From Crocosphaera sp. (GTDB taxonomy: Bacteria; Cyanobacteriota; Cyanobacteriia; Cyanobacteriales; Microcystaceae), in assembly GCF_030064895.1 (NCBI RefSeq), contig NZ_JASJEB010000061.1, positions 9,084 through 41,083 of the forward strand: 32,000 nucleotides of DNA, written 5' to 3'. The translations under genes were made by a program, and so were the position numbers. Shown here one piece after another: positions 1 to 8,370 of this stretch. Below the pieces are notes generated by a model, which was given only the letters and a program-made list of their open reading frames with translations, searched no databases and was not told the DNA's origin. Positions within the stretch are counted from its first letter, which is position 1, and each line of letters starts with the position of its first letter.

Positions 1-293
1 CCAATGGTTGCTTTTAAGAAGGGAGGTAACACATATTCAGCAAAATCTCTCATTACTGGATCATTTTTGTTTTCTTTAATAATAGAGTCTTTAAATAGCT
101 TAAAAGGAATCCATTCTTTTTGAGAACTATCATCGTCTATATCTGGAGTAGGATCAGGAAGCTCATCATAATCGTCGTTGTAATCTTCATCGTCATAATT
201 ATCGTCAAATGGTTGACTATTCATCATTGTTTCTTCATCAAATAAACTTAACTGTTGAATGTTTTGGTTTTTGTTGTGAGATTTTTTAGCCAT
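1..293 (-). CDS. Hypothetical protein, 5' part only (continues past the window edge); very acidic N-terminus (MAKKSHNKNQNIQQLSLFDEETMMNSQPFDDNYDDEDYNDDYDELPDPTPDIDDD...)
   Basis: Hand translation of the minus strand from ATG at 293-291 stays open to position 1. The start lies 5 nt after the hepT stop (299-301), which suggests co-transcription. It is absent from the ORF track because it is truncated. Confidence 0.5.
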   Translation of the reverse strand, partial: MAKKSHNKNQNIQQLSLFDEETMMNSQPFDDNYDDEDYNDDYDELPDPTPDIDDDSSQKEWIPFKLFKDSIIKENKNDPVMRDFAEYVLPPFLKATI

Positions 294-298
294 AATAG

Positions 299-721
299 TT
301 ATTCCAAAGAATCTAAGTAAGTGGTAATTTCTTTGATATAAAGAGTATATTGAGTTAAAGCTTTAGGAAAAGATTGATAAACAATTATATTATCAATTTC
401 TTCATATTGATGAACTAAACGATTACGCATTCCTGCTGATTGTGCCAATTTTCGAGATAGTTCTAAACTAATTATTCCTTGTTTTCCTGCTTCAATGAAA
501 GAATCATAATAAGTCGATGGTGTAATATTATGTAACTGTAATAGCAGATAACTATTAATATCTGAAGCAGCTTCTACTAATAATTGAATTAGTCTTTCAG
601 CAATTAACTGATAATCGAAGTTATCAAGATAGTCTGGTAAAGTGATTGATTCAAACTTTTGAAAACGATCTATATACTTTATCATCAATGTTAATCTAGT
701 TGTAATAATTTCTCTTTCCAT
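299..721 (-). CDS. hepT: HEPN-domain (DUF86) toxin of a type VII MNT/HEPN toxin-antitoxin pair
   Basis: 140 aa. R-x4-H HEPN motif is visible (RNRLVHQY). The size and all-helical character are typical. It lies 3 nt downstream of a minimal nucleotidyltransferase gene. Confidence 0.85.
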   Translation of the reverse strand: MEREIITTRLTLMIKYIDRFQKFESITLPDYLDNFDYQLIAERLIQLLVEAASDINSYLLLQLHNITPSTYYDSFIEAGKQGIISLELSRKLAQSAGMRNRLVHQYEEIDNIIVYQSFPKALTQYTLYIKEITTYLDSLE

Positions 722-724
722 TTT

Positions 725-1171
725 TTATAATCCTCTTTGCTGTAACCATAAGTAAATGCTTTGCTTTTCTGCTTGACGAAATTGAGCAGTATCAGCGTAT
801 TTTTTCCATGCTTGAATCCTAAATTTAATAAATTGACCTAAACTAGATTCATAAATAAGTTGACCATTTTTAGCTACTTGATAGCCAACTAAAGGAGAAC
901 AATGATTGAGATTGACCACATCAATCCTATCACTATTAATCTTAAAAATATCTCCTAATATCAAAGGTATCTCTAATTCTTTCCAAGCATCGCCTTTTAG
1001 ATAGTCTTCTTTTAAGGTTTCATCATACAAAACTGCAAAATCCCAGTCACTCTTAGTATGAGTTTTACCTGTTGCTTGTGAACCAAATAAGACTAACATT
1101 TTAAGATAAGGTATCTTTTCTGGAAGTTGAGAAGATAGAGAGTGTAACCTATCAACTGATAAATTAATCAT
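725..1171 (-). CDS. mntA: Minimal nucleotidyltransferase (MNT) antitoxin partner of HepT
   Basis: 148 aa. Pol-beta-type NTase signature is present (LVLFGSQATGKTHTKSDWDFAVL: G-S-x(n)-D-x-D). It sits immediately upstream of hepT in the same orientation. Confidence 0.85.
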   Translation of the reverse strand: MINLSVDRLHSLSSQLPEKIPYLKMLVLFGSQATGKTHTKSDWDFAVLYDETLKEDYLKGDAWKELEIPLILGDIFKINSDRIDVVNLNHCSPLVGYQVAKNGQLIYESSLGQFIKFRIQAWKKYADTAQFRQAEKQSIYLWLQQRGL

Positions 1172-1227
1172 TGTCTTATTTCCTTAAAGTTCATTTGAGG
1201 AAGAAAAGGGAAGCTTTTATACTGTAG

Positions 1228-1250
1228 ATATTCTATAAAATTTAGAATAT
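1228..1250. promoter_or_regulatory. 8-bp-arm inverted repeat ATATTCTA-N7-TAGAATAT in the region upstream of mntA-hepT; candidate operator
   Basis: Read directly: atattcta (1228-1235) and tagaatat (1243-1250). It lies about 60 nt upstream of the mntA start on the minus strand. A related tatagaata recurs near 1355. Confidence 0.3.
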
Positions 1251-1407
1251 AAGTTAATTAAGATTAGTGGACTTGACCAACCATTATTGGGGGTAAAGAC
1301 TACCTAAGTCTGTCCTTAACTCCGCAAGCTACCTGTTAGCTTCCCTCTGGTTTTTATAGAATAGAGAAAGGTCGATGAAAATCAACTTTTCTAATCAATT
1401 AAGGTGT

Positions 1408-1593
1408 TTATGCTGTTTTCATTTGATAGACATAAACATTATGAGAAACTTTAATCGTTTCAATGGGACATCCATCATCATCTCTTAGAGAATCAATAGC
1501 TGAACTGAATCGATGAGTGATAGGAATTAACTCCTCTTTAGTATGAGGTTTTCCGTCAGATAAAAGTTGACGTATTTTTTCTTTCTTGCTCAT
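1408..1593 (-). CDS. Small (61 aa) hypothetical protein, possibly winged-helix DNA-binding
   Basis: A strong Shine-Dalgarno AAGGAGG lies 5 nt upstream of the ATG (reverse complement of 1594-1610). The pattern IRQLLSDGKPHTKEELIPITHRFSSAIDSLRDD-GCPIE resembles BirA-N/HTH_11-type wHTH. No catalytic motif is visible. Confidence 0.5.
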   Translation of the reverse strand: MSKKEKIRQLLSDGKPHTKEELIPITHRFSSAIDSLRDDDGCPIETIKVSHNVYVYQMKTA

Positions 1594-1742
1594 ATGTCCT
1601 CCTTATTAATTTTTAAATGAGCAATCTCAAAATAACATAGGTCAATTAATTAGAACAAGGGATCGCTTAAAATTTTTATAAGTTCAGACTATTTAACCGT
1701 TAAATAAGTCAAGACATAAACTGTGGTATCCTGTGTCTAGTG

Positions 1743-1852
1743 AAGCAAACTTACTTAAGTCCCTATGAGGGATTGAAACAAATAAGTCTGAACTTATGTG
1801 TGGAAGCTTCACGTTGATTAAACTCAAGTTAATCCCTATGAGGGATTGAAAA
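1743..1852 (+). CRISPR. Degenerate mini CRISPR array: two 37-nt repeats and one 36-nt spacer
   Basis: R1 (1743-1779) is aagcaaacttacttaagtCCCTATGAGGGATTGAAAc. R2 (1816-1852) is gattaaactcaagttaatCCCTATGAGGGATTGAAAa. They match at 28/37 positions with 73-nt periodicity. The stem-loop TCCC-TATGA-GGGA followed by ATTGAAAC is the classic Cas6 hairpin plus 8-nt handle, which sets the orientation as + strand. No third repeat occurs at +/-73 nt. Confidence 0.6.
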
Positions 1853-1856
1853 ACCA

Positions 1857-4046
1857 CTAACAAATCCATGATTCACTCCCTTTTGACTTAAGACGGTAAG
1901 ATAAGGTATCTAATAACAATGCAGACTGTCCAAAAGCGATCGCATAGGGTGCAGTGAATTGATCCCTTCCCGTCTCGTCTATGGGGTAAATTTGGAAATG
2001 AATCGGTAATTGTAGGCTTTTTTTGACCGTTTCCACGTTATAAGGAACGATATAACAAACTAATCCCCGTTTTTTCAATTTTTTATTGATGTGATTTACC
2101 CATCGGTAACTCGGTTGATAAACGTGAATACCTTTCAACATCAAAACTTTCCAACTCTGTGCAACTTCTTGTAAATCTCCCCCATAACTAAAACGCCATT
2201 TCATCCGTTCTTCTCGATAACGATGTAACTTCATAAACCGCAAACAATAGTTAAACCGTCCTTTAGGAATGGGTTGATTCATGCGTTTTGCTGTTGCTTC
2301 CAACTGTTGCATAAATTCTACTTTGGTGATGGGTTCAACGTCTAAATTGCTTAAAATTCCTGGTAAATCATAAGTTTTAAACTTATCTAAGTCATATTCT
2401 TCTGTTAAATCATACAAACCGCATAAAAGGGAACTAGAACCCCGAAAGCTACTTGCTTCGAGTTCAATTAGACTTTTTTCTTGTCTTCCTGATAATTGTT
2501 CCCATTCTTCTCGCCATTGCTTGATACATCCCCACATTCTGCCAAAACGGGTATTAAATACCGTCTCAGATTGTTGTTTAAAGACTTCTCGACTTTCGGC
2601 AAATTGATCTCGAATGGTTTTATGATTTAGGCTAGAATAAATCGAACAAGATTGTATTCCCGACCATCGACTATAATATCCCCTAAAATCATTAATTTTG
2701 CGATATTTATCTTGAATTTGACTATGAAAGAAAGGACGATCATAGCTTCCCTCAAATTCCAAAGGGTGATCAGTTTGGGTAAAGAGTCTTTCTACCAAAA
2801 AGTTAGATGTTAAAGCATAAGCAGTAAAATTAGGGAATAAAATCGTTTTATCTTCCCTTTCATACCCGTCATGTCTTCCTAGTCGTCCTAAGCGTTGAAT
2901 AAAACTTCCTGAGTCTGCTGATTCAAAAATTAAGAAATTTATCTTAAAATCCACTCCAACATCAATGGTACTCGTTCCTAAGACTAAATCTGCATTCAGA
3001 GAATCATTTTTATTACTTTGTCCCGTTAAACCCGTATTCTCTGCAACCACCAGAGGATACAAAAATTCCTCAAACTTAGGTTTCAACCGCTTAACCGAGG
3101 CAATAGAATTAAGAATGATTGCCCCTTTGCTTTGGGGATATTGACTAAAATAATTGCGTATTAATTCCCGATTTTCCCATAACCATGTCTCGGATGCGCC
3201 ATAACCAGAAGTAAGGGGAACAAAAGTTAAATCAATCTCCCTTGCAACCTGTCGCCAACCCTCAGACTTTAATTGCTGTTTTTGGGCTTTTGTATCGGGA
3301 AAACGATATTTTCCTTGTTCATAGGGATTAATAATCTTATAATTAAAGCCTACCTTATCTAATCGCTCAATTAAAGCATTTTCTGGCGTTGCAGATAGAA
3401 ATAAATGCTTATGATCTCTATCTGTTACACGCATTAGTAACATAGTATTGATAATACTACCTACTTGTGGCGCACTAAGAACATGAAACTCATCATGAAT
3501 TAAGATGGTGAAAGTGGCATCTAGAAAACGCCAAAGCTTATCAGGAGCATCTTTAGGGGTGAGATAAGCATTTCTATGTAAATAGTGTAAAATATCGGGA
3601 TTTGTTAAGAGAATATCTGAATTATAAACTTTGTCCAAAATAGCTTCTGCTTTTTTTATACTTTCCCTTTCTGCGTACAATTCCAATAACGCACCACTCA
3701 AACGATTAACACGGGTAAGATCATTCGGTTGAAATTGCTCTATATAACTCTTAATTTGGCTTTCCTGATCCCTTGCTAGTTCATTAGTTGGGTAAAGTCC
3801 CATTGAATAGCGAATACATCCATTTCCTTGTTCTCCCTGCATTGCATCTAAATAAGCAGACAGACTTTTACCATCTCCTGTCATCGCTGTATTAACAATG
3901 ACATCAATATTAGGATCTTGTAAGGCTTTCCACGTTTCCAACTGATGCCACGATAATCGCCATTTTTTAGGCAATTTCAGCGAATTAGGAACATTTTCGG
4001 CTGGACAAGAATAAACTGGTTTCAAATTGACACTATAGAGAGTCAT
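1857..4046 (-). CDS. cas3: CRISPR-associated SF2 helicase Cas3' (type I-D-like, no HD nuclease domain)
   Basis: 729 aa. Helicase motifs are present: motif I TAMTGDGKS, motif II IHDEFH, motif V GTSTIDVGVDF and motif VI QRLGRLGRH. The N-terminus (NLKPVYS...LSWHQLETW) is typical of cyanobacterial I-D Cas3'. The gene is adjacent to CRISPR repeats and a divergent WYL regulator. No HD motif is visible. Confidence 0.75.
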   Translation of the reverse strand: MTLYSVNLKPVYSCPAENVPNSLKLPKKWRLSWHQLETWKALQDPNIDVIVNTAMTGDGKSLSAYLDAMQGEQGNGCIRYSMGLYPTNELARDQESQIKSYIEQFQPNDLTRVNRLSGALLELYAERESIKKAEAILDKVYNSDILLTNPDILHYLHRNAYLTPKDAPDKLWRFLDATFTILIHDEFHVLSAPQVGSIINTMLLMRVTDRDHKHLFLSATPENALIERLDKVGFNYKIINPYEQGKYRFPDTKAQKQQLKSEGWRQVAREIDLTFVPLTSGYGASETWLWENRELIRNYFSQYPQSKGAIILNSIASVKRLKPKFEEFLYPLVVAENTGLTGQSNKNDSLNADLVLGTSTIDVGVDFKINFLIFESADSGSFIQRLGRLGRHDGYEREDKTILFPNFTAYALTSNFLVERLFTQTDHPLEFEGSYDRPFFHSQIQDKYRKINDFRGYYSRWSGIQSCSIYSSLNHKTIRDQFAESREVFKQQSETVFNTRFGRMWGCIKQWREEWEQLSGRQEKSLIELEASSFRGSSSLLCGLYDLTEEYDLDKFKTYDLPGILSNLDVEPITKVEFMQQLEATAKRMNQPIPKGRFNYCLRFMKLHRYREERMKWRFSYGGDLQEVAQSWKVLMLKGIHVYQPSYRWVNHINKKLKKRGLVCYIVPYNVETVKKSLQLPIHFQIYPIDETGRDQFTAPYAIAFGQSALLLDTLSYRLKSKGSESWIC

Positions 4047-4112
4047 CGATTTTTCCTTACAAACTGTACCGAGTTACTTGCTATATCCATTATGCTCAGG
4101 CAAAATAGAAAT

Positions 4113-4127
4113 GTAAATAGTATTTAC
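4113..4127. promoter_or_regulatory. Perfect palindrome GTAAATA-G-TATTTAC in the cas3'/WYL divergent promoter region; candidate operator
   Basis: Read directly. It lies 32 nt upstream of the WYL-regulator ATG (4159) and 67 nt upstream of the cas3' ATG (4046, opposite strand). Confidence 0.3.
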
Positions 4128-4158
4128 TGACTTTTTTAAATAAAGTATACGTACACTT

Positions 4159-5016
4159 ATGGGAAGGAAAGGAGAATCGATCACCCTATCAATTAGGGAA
4201 CAGGATAAAAAGCAACTAGAAGCTTTAGCAGACTCTTATGGAATGACTTGGGGAGATAAACCCAATATTTCCCGACTAATGAAAGCGATCGCCCAAGGTA
4301 AATTACGCATTGCGCCTAATCATGATTGGACACAAGAACGTATTAGAGCATTAGACACTGCGAGAAAAGCGTTGATTGATGCAGGGAAAATGGACGAAGC
4401 TATTGAAATGGCAAAAATGCTACAAGAGCGTAGTGAGTTAACTATTCCCTTTCAACGGGAAATTTATAACTTTTTAGAATCGCCTCAACCATCTTGGCGA
4501 CAAAAAATAGACAATTTTATCCGTCGTCAACAACCGTTTTGCTTGACATACCAAGATGCAAGGGAAGTTAACTGGCAATTCACCGTCCGTTTTGCTGTTG
4601 TTCAATTCATAGAGAAGCGACAATATTTAGTCTGTCGTACTGATGAATCGGAAGGCAATCAAGACATACCGGAATTATCCCATAATTGGACATTACGATT
4701 AGATCGAATTGAAGATGCTACTGTTGCGCCTATTAACACACCTTGGTTAGATAATTTAGAACTTATTGAAGTGTCTTTTGAGTTAAGAGAAGGACTGGTA
4801 TTTGCTTATCGAAGTAAGCCAAATGACTTAAACATAGAAGATATTGAAGGGACACAACCAAAAAGAAAAGTTACAAGACAGATTTTCAATACCTTTTGGT
4901 TCTTTCGTGAAATTGCTTCTTATTATGGTGATTGTGTAATTATTGAACCTGAAAATGTACGCCTTCGTTATCTTGAGAAAATCAAATGTTTATGTGATCA
5001 ATATGAAGTCCAATAG
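4159..5016 (+). CDS. WYL-domain transcriptional regulator with an N-terminal ribbon-helix-helix-like DNA-binding segment (CRISPR-associated, Sll7009-like arrangement)
   Basis: 285 aa. The N-terminus SITLSIREQDKKQLEALADSYGMTWGDKPNISRLMKAIAQG looks RHH/CopG-like. The central HNWTLRLDRIEDA matches the WYL-domain core. Divergent placement next to cas3' mirrors the known Synechocystis I-D locus layout. Confidence 0.65.
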   Translation: MGRKGESITLSIREQDKKQLEALADSYGMTWGDKPNISRLMKAIAQGKLRIAPNHDWTQERIRALDTARKALIDAGKMDEAIEMAKMLQERSELTIPFQREIYNFLESPQPSWRQKIDNFIRRQQPFCLTYQDAREVNWQFTVRFAVVQFIEKRQYLVCRTDESEGNQDIPELSHNWTLRLDRIEDATVAPINTPWLDNLELIEVSFELREGLVFAYRSKPNDLNIEDIEGTQPKRKVTRQIFNTFWFFREIASYYGDCVIIEPENVRLRYLEKIKCLCDQYEVQ

Positions 5017-5166
5017 CCCTTTCATCCAAGGTATTTCTTTATTTTTAGCTAATTGAGAGCAAAGTTCTCGGATATCACTACGATTTGTCCTCTTGTTATC
5101 CATCCAATAAAGGAGGCAATAATTACCCGCAAATTGTCCCATTAATCATGTACTCAATCGCTTCTC

Positions 5167-5535
5167 CTAAGAGTTTCGTAGTAATTGTTTCACCGTTCCT
5201 AAGAATTCATCATGATCAAAAGGCTTGATAATATAAGCATCAGCCCCCTGTTTTAAACCCCAATAACTATCCACCTGTGTGTCTTTGGTGGAACAAAGAA
5301 TTACGGGAATATTTTCCGTTTTAGGATCGCTTTTAATACTACGACAAGCCTGATAACCATTCTTTTTAGGCATTACCACATCTAGAATAATCAAATCGAA
5401 AGCTAGAGATTTCACCTTATCTAGTGCTTCATCCCCATTTACGGCGGTGGTAACAGAAAAGTTATTTGCTTTGAGTAAATCAGAAATTATTTGAAGTTGA
5501 GTAGGGCTATCATCGGCTACTAGAATTGTAGGCAT
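5167..5535 (-). CDS. Single-domain CheY-like response regulator receiver
   Basis: 122 aa. The acidic pocket DD (ILVADDS), phospho-acceptor D (LIILDVVMP), conserved T (CSTK) and K (IIKPF) are all present. There is no output domain. Confidence 0.85.
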   Translation of the reverse strand: MPTILVADDSPTQLQIISDLLKANNFSVTTAVNGDEALDKVKSLAFDLIILDVVMPKKNGYQACRSIKSDPKTENIPVILCSTKDTQVDSYWGLKQGADAYIIKPFDHDEFLGTVKQLLRNS

Positions 5536-5815
5536 AAGCAGTCACTGAAGATTGACACTCTCCTTAATTCTAGTAAGGAGATTCATAACGTATCCCAATA
5601 GGGAGTCATTATCTTGTTTTCACAAGTTCCCAGGCTCACCACGTTTCCCTATTTAGGCGCAGTGATATTTCCTTAAACCCTGCTGATTCAGGTGTTGGGC
5701 GTAAACTTTCCGAAAGTCTTTCGGTAGGTTTTAAAGTCTTGTACTGACCGTACTGATTTTACCATATTTTGCTTGCTGGCAACATTCTAGAAAATGGGAT
5801 TATTTCTCAACATTG

Positions 5816-5878
5816 AAAAGCCCTAACTCGAGTTGGGTGGTTAGGGCCATTTTACTTCCCTAAAATGCTATGGGAAGT
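5816..5878 (-). terminator. Tandem hairpins downstream of rpsU; the distal one is a rho-independent terminator
   Basis: Hairpin 1 is ACTTCCC (5854-5860) with GGGAAGT (5872-5878). Hairpin 2 is GCCCTAAC (5820-5827) with GTTAGGGC (5840-5847), followed on the minus strand by TTTT (5819-5816). Confidence 0.6.
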
Positions 5879-5904
5879 GTCATTAGCAAACAATATTGTT
5901 TAGT

Positions 5905-6087
5905 TTAGTGGCGACGGGAACGCTGTCTCCGCCGAGTCGCTTCCTTGCGCTTGCGTTTTTCTTGTGGCGTTTCAAAAAATTGGTGCTTTTTATAGTCTGT
6001 ATAAATTCCAGCTTTAGCAACCTGTCGTTTAAATCGACGTAACGCGGATTCGATGGGTTCGTTTTGACCAACAACTACTTGGGTCAT
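5905..6087 (-). CDS. rpsU: 30S ribosomal protein bS21
   Basis: 60 aa. [28 protein letters not shown]... with a basic C-terminal tail is the canonical S21 sequence. AGGAGG lies upstream of the ATG. Confidence 0.95.
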   Translation of the reverse strand: MTQVVVGQNEPIESALRRFKRQVAKAGIYTDYKKHQFFETPQEKRKRKEATRRRQRSRRH

Positions 6088-6207
6088 TATTTAACTTTAC
6101 ACCTCCTGTTTTGTGTGTTTTATTTTCAATCCTCGTCGGCGGGCCACCAACAAGGTTGTTAAGGTATATTTGCCCAACCTATCAATTGTAACTTACTTTG
6201 AAACATC

Positions 6208-8370
6208 TTAATTAATAAGATTGATTGCTTGAATTAACCAGCGATCGCCTTGACGAACCAAATCATAACGAACCCGTAAATTCTCGTTATAGGAGCTAGT
6301 CTCTCGACTTCCTTGATAATATCGGGCAGTCTCTCTAACATTGGCATCTACTACCGCTTGATTGGGATTATTAGGACTAGGATTGAAAGAATTAACCTCA
6401 ACCTTGTGTTGATAAGTCCAGTAACCTTGATTTTGTTTTACTTGTTGTGCCTGTTTTTGCCATCGAGTCAGTACAGGATTGGCTAAAATTTTCTTGAGGG
6501 ATGCTATCTCATGATCTTTGCCGAGGGCTTGTGACTTAGTAGTTAACCAGGTTTCTACAACTTGTTGCGCCCCTTCCTTGGTTAACATACCTGTCACCGT
6601 TACCATTTGAGCATTAGCGGCCGGAATATCGATCAAAGGTCGATGGAGAGCAACAGAGTATTGTCCTTCTTCCAGAGCGGATAAAGGAGCATTAGCTTGA
6701 TTGAGCCAAGTTATTCCCATTCCGATCAATCCCACTCCGCCTAAAACTGCAACGGCCATTAAACCTAGTTTCGGGCGTAACAGATTAACTCGAGAAGGAT
6801 GCCGTCTTGGAGATTCTTTGGCTAAGGGTTGAGTTGCTGGAGTGTCCTGGGCCTTAGCTGGCTTGAGGTTTGAGGATTGTTCGGAAACTGTTTCTGGTAT
6901 GGGTTCAGGTTTAGGTCTTTGGGAGTTTCTCAAACGCTTACGACGACGGGCATCCCGAATATCGATAGGGGAAGGAGAGCGAACTGGTAAGGGGGGAAAG
7001 GGGTCTGAAACAGGGACAGCAGTTCCATGATTATAAGTATTATGACGGGGTGGTTGGAACTGCTCTTTTTTGTTCACTGACCGAGGTTTCGGCGCAATGG
7101 GAGTGAGTAGGCGATCAAGATAGTTTTGAACAGCTTTATCGGCAAAATAATCTTTTAAGGAGGCTTTTTTTGCTTCTAAATCCCGAAAATGTCCAAAAAC
7201 TTGTGTTTGTAGCCAATGCTCACCGTAATAACACAATCCTGGCAAGAGATCAGGAGATCCTTTCGATTTTTCCTTAATAAAATTTAAAGCATCCTGATCT
7301 TGACATCTCTCTAATGCCTGTGCGGCGGCTTCGGTTTGTCCCAGTAATAAAGCGACAATGGATTGTTCGATGGACACATCTTGACGGGGTTCTAGTCCCT
7401 CAAGCACTGTTTTTGCTTCTAAGATTAAAGAGGGTTGTTTGTGGGCAAAACCCTGAGCAATAAGGGCATATACCCCTAAATAAGCTGCCACAGAAGAGGG
7501 TCGCTGCGCCTCTTCCATAAAAATATCTTTTTGTTCTTTTGCTGTTAAATAAGTGCGAATTTGCTGGATAAAGCGTAAAAAATCGTCAATCCCTAATCCA
7601 GAGCCATCGTCTCCTTTGCCATCGATTCCCTGACGCTCTTCTAACATGGATTGTAATAATTCAATCCCTGTTTGACGAGGCTTCTTATTTTTCAGGGGCA
7701 GTGCTAATAATTCTAAAATTCGATAGGGGCGAAGTTTATTTAGTTCTGTCCGAATTTCTGTTTGTATGGAGGGAAACAGGTGGTTTTTTTCCAGTAAGGC
7801 TAATCCTTGTCTTCCTGCTGAGTCCGCCCCCTCGTAGGCTTGTTGATGCCATTGTTCGCGACTAATTTCCAGATAAGCTAAAGCAATGCTTAAGAATGTG
7901 TCAGTTCGCTGCTTTGTGGCTGTATCATCGATATCTAGAGATAAGGGGGAGGTGGGGAGTGTTGATAAATAACTTTCACCGTAATTGATTACTAGCTCAT
8001 ATTCTCCTAATTCATGGAAAATAAGGAGACTACCAGGTAATTGCTCTGACTCAATCTCAATCTCCCAAGTCTTTGCTAAGGAACTTTTCCCTATGGCTTC
8101 TGTCTCTGACCCTGAAGAGGCTTCCTCCTCTTGCTCCTGGTAAGTAGACTGGGCTTGCCAAAATTGGGCTTCATATTTAGCTTTTTGAGTCGGATTCGAT
8201 AACACACTATAGGCTTGCTCGAGCAACTGTCTACGGCCTTCTATGGCCTGGTTACTGTACTCGCGACGGGGTAACTGAACACCACGATCGCGATAAGCTT
8301 GTTGTAGTTGCTCATCTGTTGCTTGGGGAAAAATTCCTAATATCCTGTAGTAGTCTAGCGGTATGCGCAC
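6208..8370 (-). CDS. ftn2: Cell-division protein Ftn2/ZipN (ARC6 homologue), J-domain-like N-terminus and C-terminal ARC6-IMS/DUF4101-like domain
   Basis: 720 aa with a GTG start. MRIPLDYYRILGI...AYRDR... is a J-like domain without HPD. There is a Pro/Ser-rich linker, one TM segment (LMAVAVLGGVGLIGMGITWL) and a conserved C-terminal domain ending RYDLVRQGDRWLI. Confidence 0.85.
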   Translation of the reverse strand: MRIPLDYYRILGIFPQATDEQLQQAYRDRGVQLPRREYSNQAIEGRRQLLEQAYSVLSNPTQKAKYEAQFWQAQSTYQEQEEEASSGSETEAIGKSSLAKTWEIEIESEQLPGSLLIFHELGEYELVINYGESYLSTLPTSPLSLDIDDTATKQRTDTFLSIALAYLEISREQWHQQAYEGADSAGRQGLALLEKNHLFPSIQTEIRTELNKLRPYRILELLALPLKNKKPRQTGIELLQSMLEERQGIDGKGDDGSGLGIDDFLRFIQQIRTYLTAKEQKDIFMEEAQRPSSVAAYLGVYALIAQGFAHKQPSLILEAKTVLEGLEPRQDVSIEQSIVALLLGQTEAAAQALERCQDQDALNFIKEKSKGSPDLLPGLCYYGEHWLQTQVFGHFRDLEAKKASLKDYFADKAVQNYLDRLLTPIAPKPRSVNKKEQFQPPRHNTYNHGTAVPVSDPFPPLPVRSPSPIDIRDARRRKRLRNSQRPKPEPIPETVSEQSSNLKPAKAQDTPATQPLAKESPRRHPSRVNLLRPKLGLMAVAVLGGVGLIGMGITWLNQANAPLSALEEGQYSVALHRPLIDIPAANAQMVTVTGMLTKEGAQQVVETWLTTKSQALGKDHEIASLKKILANPVLTRWQKQAQQVKQNQGYWTYQHKVEVNSFNPSPNNPNQAVVDANVRETARYYQGSRETSSYNENLRVRYDLVRQGDRWLIQAINLIN

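Noticed and set aside
1600-1742. Possibility of further CRISPR repeats upstream of 1743, or downstream at 1889
   Set aside because: Positions offset by 73 nt from the two repeats (about 1670-1706 and 1889-1925) contain nothing resembling CCCTATGAGGGATTGAAA. The array has only two units.
5883-6074. 63-aa ORF overlapping rpsU in another frame on the same strand
   Set aside because: It lies entirely within the unmistakable bS21 coding sequence. It has no motif and a biased basic composition produced by frame-shifted reading of an Arg/Lys-rich gene.
6842-7030. 62-aa ORF antisense to ftn2
   Set aside because: It lies in the Pro/Ser/Arg-rich linker of Ftn2, giving a low-complexity Gly/Arg-rich antisense translation with no start context.
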